From: Escherichia phage moskry
DNA: 64,000 bases
Reading direction: 5' to 3' (one strand)
Sequence record: MN850651.1
In this document: positions 60,479-64,000 of the stretch, in pieces
How the letters are laid out: every line of letters begins with the position of its first letter
Position numbering within the stretch: position 1 is the first letter of the stretch
Made by a program: the position numbers and the translations under genes
Notes under the pieces: model-generated
The model's database searches: none
Seen by the model: only the letters and a program-made list of their open reading frames with translations
Told to the model about the DNA's origin: nothing

Positions 60479-61993
60479 ATGACTGACATTAAAGTACATT
60501 TTCATGATTTTAGTCACGTGCGCATTGAATGCGACGAAAGTACGTTTTACGAACTTCGTGACTTTTTTAGCTTTGAAGCTGACGGGTATAAATTTAACCC
60601 AAAATATCGCTATGGGCAATGGGATGGTAGAATTCGACTTTTAGATTACAATCGTTTGTTACCATATGGACTTGTAGGTCAAATAAAAAAGTTCTGTAAC
60701 AATATGAGTTATTCTGTATGGATTGACCCTAAAATCTTTGAGACTGAAGACCTTACCAGGGAAGATTTTGACGCATGGCTTTCTAAACAAGAAATTTATT
60801 CTGGCAACGCCAAAATTGAACCACATTGGTATCAAAAAGATGCAGTATATGAAGGACTAGTTAATCGTCGTCGAATTTTAAACCTTCCAACATCAGCAGG
60901 TAAATCACTAATCCAAGCACTTTTAGCTCGATATTATCTAGAGAACTATGAAGGTAAAATTCTCATTATCGTCCCTACAACGGCATTGACAACTCAGATG
61001 GCTAATGATTTTGTTGATTATCGCTTGTTTAGTCATTCGATGATTAAGAAAATTGGCGGTGGTGCTGATAAAGCGGACAGAGCTAAAAACGACGCTCCAA
61101 TTATTGTTGGCACATGGCAAACGGTAGTTAAGCAGCCTAAAGAATGGTTCTCTCAGTTCGGTATGATGATGAACGATGAATGCCACTTAGCAACAGGCAA
61201 AAGTATTTCTTCAATCATCTCAGGATTAAATAATTGCATGTTTAAATTCGGTTTATCCGGCTCATTAAGAGACGGAAAAGCCAATGTAATGCAGTATGTA
61301 GGCATGTTCGGCGAAATCTTCCGTCCTGTTAGCACGTCTAAATTAATGGAAGATGGACAGGTAACTGAGCTTAAGATTAATAGTATTTTCCTTCGTTATC
61401 CAGATGAATTCGCCATTAAATTAAAAGGTAAAACATACCAAGAAGAAGTTAAAATTATTACCGGACTAAAACGTCGTACAAAGTGGATTGCTCAACTTTC
61501 AGTCAAATTGGCTAAGAAAGACGAGAACGCCTTTGTAATGTTTAAACACGTTACACACGGTAAAGAAATATTTGAAGCTATTAAAGAGCTTGGATACGAA
61601 AAAGTTTATTACGTATCAGGTGAAGTTGATACTGAAACACGTAACGCGCTTAAAGTCATGGCAGAAAATGGTAAAGGCATTATTATTGTCGCATCATACG
61701 GAGTATTCTCTACTGGTATTTCAGTCAAGAATCTTCATCATGTTATTTTTGCTCATGGTGTTAAATCAAAAATTATCGTACTTCAAACCGTAGGTCGTGT
61801 GCTTCGTAAGCACGGTTCTAAAGCTGTTGCTACAGTTTGGGATCTCATAGATGACGCAGGTGTAAAACCTAAATCATTAAATACTAAAAAGAAGTATACT
61901 CATCTTAATTACTTGTTAAAACACGGTATTGATCGTATCCAACGTTACGCTGATGAGAAATTTAACTATGTAATGAAAACAATTAATTTATAA
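60479..61993 (+). CDS. uvsW: Helicase UvsW
   Basis: 504 aa; SF2 helicase motifs (Walker A PTSAGKS, DECH box, TVGRVLR arginine finger region). Confidence 0.85.
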   Translation: MTDIKVHFHDFSHVRIECDESTFYELRDFFSFEADGYKFNPKYRYGQWDGRIRLLDYNRLLPYGLVGQIKKFCNNMSYSVWIDPKIFETEDLTREDFDAWLSKQEIYSGNAKIEPHWYQKDAVYEGLVNRRRILNLPTSAGKSLIQALLARYYLENYEGKILIIVPTTALTTQMANDFVDYRLFSHSMIKKIGGGADKADRAKNDAPIIVGTWQTVVKQPKEWFSQFGMMMNDECHLATGKSISSIISGLNNCMFKFGLSGSLRDGKANVMQYVGMFGEIFRPVSTSKLMEDGQVTELKINSIFLRYPDEFAIKLKGKTYQEEVKIITGLKRRTKWIAQLSVKLAKKDENAFVMFKHVTHGKEIFEAIKELGYEKVYYVSGEVDTETRNALKVMAENGKGIIIVASYGVFSTGISVKNLHHVIFAHGVKSKIIVLQTVGRVLRKHGSKAVATVWDLIDDAGVKPKSLNTKKKYTHLNYLLKHGIDRIQRYADEKFNYVMKTINL

Positions 61994-62018
61994 GGGCTTC
62001 GGCCCTTAGGAGATAAAA

Positions 62019-62249
62019 ATGGTACTTGAATTTAAACAATTTTTATACGAAGCATCTATTGACGAATTCATGGGTAAAATTGCTAGTTGTCATACCTTAG
62101 AAGGGCTTGAAGAATTGGAAGCTTATTATAAGAAACGTATAAAAGAAACGGAATTAAAAGATACAGATGATATTTCTGTCAGGGATGCCTTAGCAGGTAA
62201 GCGTGCCGAACTTGAAGGCGATGATGAGGATGTGGAAGAAGACTTCTAA
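62019..62249 (+). CDS. uvsW.1: UvsW.1
   Basis: 76 aa, the recalled T4 UvsW.1 length; acidic C-terminus; SD GGAG. Confidence 0.7.
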   Translation: MVLEFKQFLYEASIDEFMGKIASCHTLEGLEELEAYYKKRIKETELKDTDDISVRDALAGKRAELEGDDEDVEEDF

Positions 62250-62251
62250 TT

Positions 62252-62287
62252 AAAAAAAGGCCCGACCTTTTTGGAAGGGCCAAAAAC
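62252..62287. terminator. Bidirectional stem-loop terminator
   Basis: A7 run, stem GGCCC/GGGCC with a 13-nt loop, then an A-run; lies between convergent genes. Confidence 0.45.
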
Positions 62288-62307
62288 CATAGGCAAAAAA
62301 GGTAACA

Positions 62308-62475
62308 CTATAGTAAAAGTTGGGTTTCGTTCAATTGCTCTTCTGAACTTTCTGAAACCGGCAATTGTTGGACATAATTATAACAAGGACCAGGATGTGC
62401 TGGACCTTTGTCTGTTTCAACAACCAATGCAGAATCGATTGGAGTTTTACAGACAACACAAATCTTATCTGACAT
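62308..62475 (-). CDS. Small zinc-ribbon-like protein (uvsY.-1 position), below ORF-track cutoff
   Basis: 55 aa; ATG with SD AGGAGG; CVVC...C motif; late promoter motif upstream. Confidence 0.5.
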   Translation of the reverse strand: MSDKICVVCKTPIDSALVVETDKGPAHPGPCYNYVQQLPVSESSEEQLNETQLLL

Positions 62476-62504
62476 GATTGCCTCCTAAGTTGAAATTACA
62501 TATC

Positions 62505-62512
62505 TATTTATA
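62505..62512 (-). promoter_or_regulatory. Late promoter (TATAAATA on minus strand)
   Basis: Plus strand TATTTATA 30 nt upstream of ATG 62475. Confidence 0.45.
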
Positions 62513-62732
62513 CCACTCGCATGCACATATCGATACCCATATCTTTTGTATAAAAATACTCGTCGATGTACCCAGCAAACTTCCCTTTAATATAAAGGAC
62601 GTCTTCGCCACAAGGATGGTCTGCCAGGATACGAATATCCTGACGACGTAGACGATACTTTTCCATTAAGAATTTAATTTCAGTTTCAAATTCTTCATCA
62701 TTATTAAAGGCATCTTCAATTGAATAACGCAT
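62508..62732 (-). CDS. Hypothetical small protein (uvsY.-2 position)
   Basis: 74 aa; ATG overlapping the uvsY stop. Confidence 0.5.
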   Translation of the reverse strand: MRYSIEDAFNNDEEFETEIKFLMEKYRLRRQDIRILADHPCGEDVLYIKGKFAGYIDEYFYTKDMGIDMCMRVV

Positions 62733-63145
62733 TATTGCCCCGCTTCAAATTCTCGCATATCCTGGATATGTTTAAGTGCAAAACTACGAGATTTAACTGC
62801 GTCAAGTGCACCACTACAGAACTCAAGTAAAATTCCCCAGTATTGTAAAGTAGTCTCTATTTTAAGCACATCTTTATCTGCAGCCAGGACAGTTTTCATT
62901 TCAGATTTCTCGTATCGGTCCATACTGAATTCATCACCATCACCTCGTCCCGAGTAGTAGTCTAATCTCGCTTTTAGAGCAGTTTTCTTCTGAGTCTCTA
63001 TACGCAACATTTCTTTACGAATAAATGAGTGCTTACGTAACCATTTGCTGTATAACTTAACATTATTCGCCGTCTCGTATTGCAACTTTGTCGTATCAAT
63101 AACTAAGTCTGCGTCTAACTCTTCCTGTAAATCTTCCAGCTTCAT
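62732..63145 (-). CDS. uvsY: Recombination mediator UvsY
   Basis: ATG at codon 28 of the ORF track gives 137 aa, the T4 UvsY length; near-identical to recalled T4 UvsY (KLEDLQEEL..., LDYYSGRGDGDEFSMDRYEKSEMKTVL). Confidence 0.9.
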   Translation of the reverse strand: MKLEDLQEELDADLVIDTTKLQYETANNVKLYSKWLRKHSFIRKEMLRIETQKKTALKARLDYYSGRGDGDEFSMDRYEKSEMKTVLAADKDVLKIETTLQYWGILLEFCSGALDAVKSRSFALKHIQDMREFEAGQ

Positions 63146-63225
63146 AATATTCTCTCTTTTAACTAATAATCTCCCGGCTGTATCGGAAGGACCTAAAACC
63201 ATTATACATAGGTTGCCTTGAAGCA

Positions 63226-63624
63226 TTACACTCTATTGCTTGATGCTAACTGAAGTTTGATTTGTTCGATATCATCAGGGTTATCTACGACCGAAAATCT
63301 AATCTCTACTATAACTGTATAGTCATCATATACTGGCGTTACACTTACAGAAAGTTTGTCGATGCGCGGCTCATAGTTACGGACGGCTGCCTGGATATTA
63401 CGCTCAATCGTATCGGCTGTAAGTGGTGACATGTTCTCGAAAAGTTCATCAACCAAATCGCATCCAAATTCAGGGTCGAAGGGGCGTGAGCCTTTTCTAG
63501 TTGTCACTATGCCAAGAAGACTATTTTTAATAGAACGAAGTCCTACAGAACGAGCAACGTCCTTGTTCCAATCCATACGCATTTCTGGGTCGATATCTGA
63601 ATAAAGTTTATTGATATTAGACAT
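63226..63624 (-). CDS. 25: Baseplate wedge protein gp25
   Basis: 132 aa, the T4 gp25 length; position after uvsY. Confidence 0.85.
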   Translation of the reverse strand: MSNINKLYSDIDPEMRMDWNKDVARSVGLRSIKNSLLGIVTTRKGSRPFDPEFGCDLVDELFENMSPLTADTIERNIQAAVRNYEPRIDKLSVSVTPVYDDYTVIVEIRFSVVDNPDDIEQIKLQLASSNRV

Positions 63625-64000
63625 TATAGTAACTCAAAGAATTCTTTGAGGCCTCGTATTGTGTGAACGTGTGACGCCCCACATTTGGGACATTTAATAG
63701 GGGTTGCCAGATAAATTGATGGCGACACCAAAAGATTTTTAATATTGATCATATCATCTTCTGTTATAAGGCCGTAAAGGTCGTTTATTTCTGCTTCAGT
63801 TAAATCTTCAACAGCGATGGACTCTCCATTTACAAAAACGGCCTCAATACATGAAGCAATCATTAATGCGATATTTTTATCGTCAAATAATTTAGGTTGA
63901 CGGAACTTAATTTTAATACCACTAAACGAATACCAGGGATCGGCCTGTTCATCTAATTGAGTGTGCAATAAATTCATATAGACTTGAAATGAATGCCCAC
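63624..64000 (-). CDS. 26: Baseplate hub protein gp26, C-terminal part (gene start lies beyond the window end)
   Basis: 117-aa ORF open to the window edge (last codon at 63977, alternative start); stop overlaps the gene 25 ATG; C-terminal CPKCGASH motif. Confidence 0.6.
   Translation of the reverse strand, partial: GHSFQVYMNLLHTQLDEQADPWYSFSGIKIKFRQPKLFDDKNIALMIASCIEAVFVNGESIAVEDLTEAEINDLYGLITEDDMINIKNLLVSPSIYLATPIKCPKCGASHVHTIRGLKEFFELL

Noticed and set aside
62271-62477. Plus-strand 68-aa ORF between uvsW.1 and uvsY.-2
   Set aside because: No SD or promoter; the opposite strand has a 55-aa ORF with a strong SD and a late promoter motif that fits the T4 uvsY.-1 position.

Overview
This window reads as a T4-like (Tevenvirinae) myovirus genome segment. 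Positions 1-25700 are a minus-strand early/hyperplastic region in T4 order: a P-loop ATPase and a nucleotidyltransferase-like gene, rI, tk, regB, a GrcA-like gene, denV, lysozyme e, nudE, a tRNA cluster, an ipI-like gene, 57B, 57A, 1, 3, 2 and 4. Positions 25744-56636 are the plus-strand late structural module (53, 5, 5.1, 5.4, 6-12, wac, 13, a seg-like GIY-YIG ORF, 14-20, 67, 68, 21-24). The end of the window carries rnlB, hoc and inh (minus), uvsW and uvsW.1 (plus), then uvsY, 25 and the start of 26 (minus). Gene identities rest on my own reading of the translated ORFs and recalled T4 protein sequences, sizes and gene order; no database search was run. The main things worth a second look are: a GIY-YIG homing-endonuclease ORF between genes 13 and 14; at least 17 copies of an early-promoter/stem-loop cassette (PeSL-like), one of them inside the late module; six internal-protein-like genes with the capsid-targeting N-terminus; a GrcA-like gene whose C-terminal half looks host-derived; three tandem small paralogs sharing a C-terminal WV[AS]SSxxC motif; and a Hoc gene with a tandemly duplicated Ig-like domain. 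Starts of many minus-strand genes in the ORF track begin at GTG/TTG and were trimmed to the ATG that follows a Shine-Dalgarno where I could verify it by codon arithmetic.
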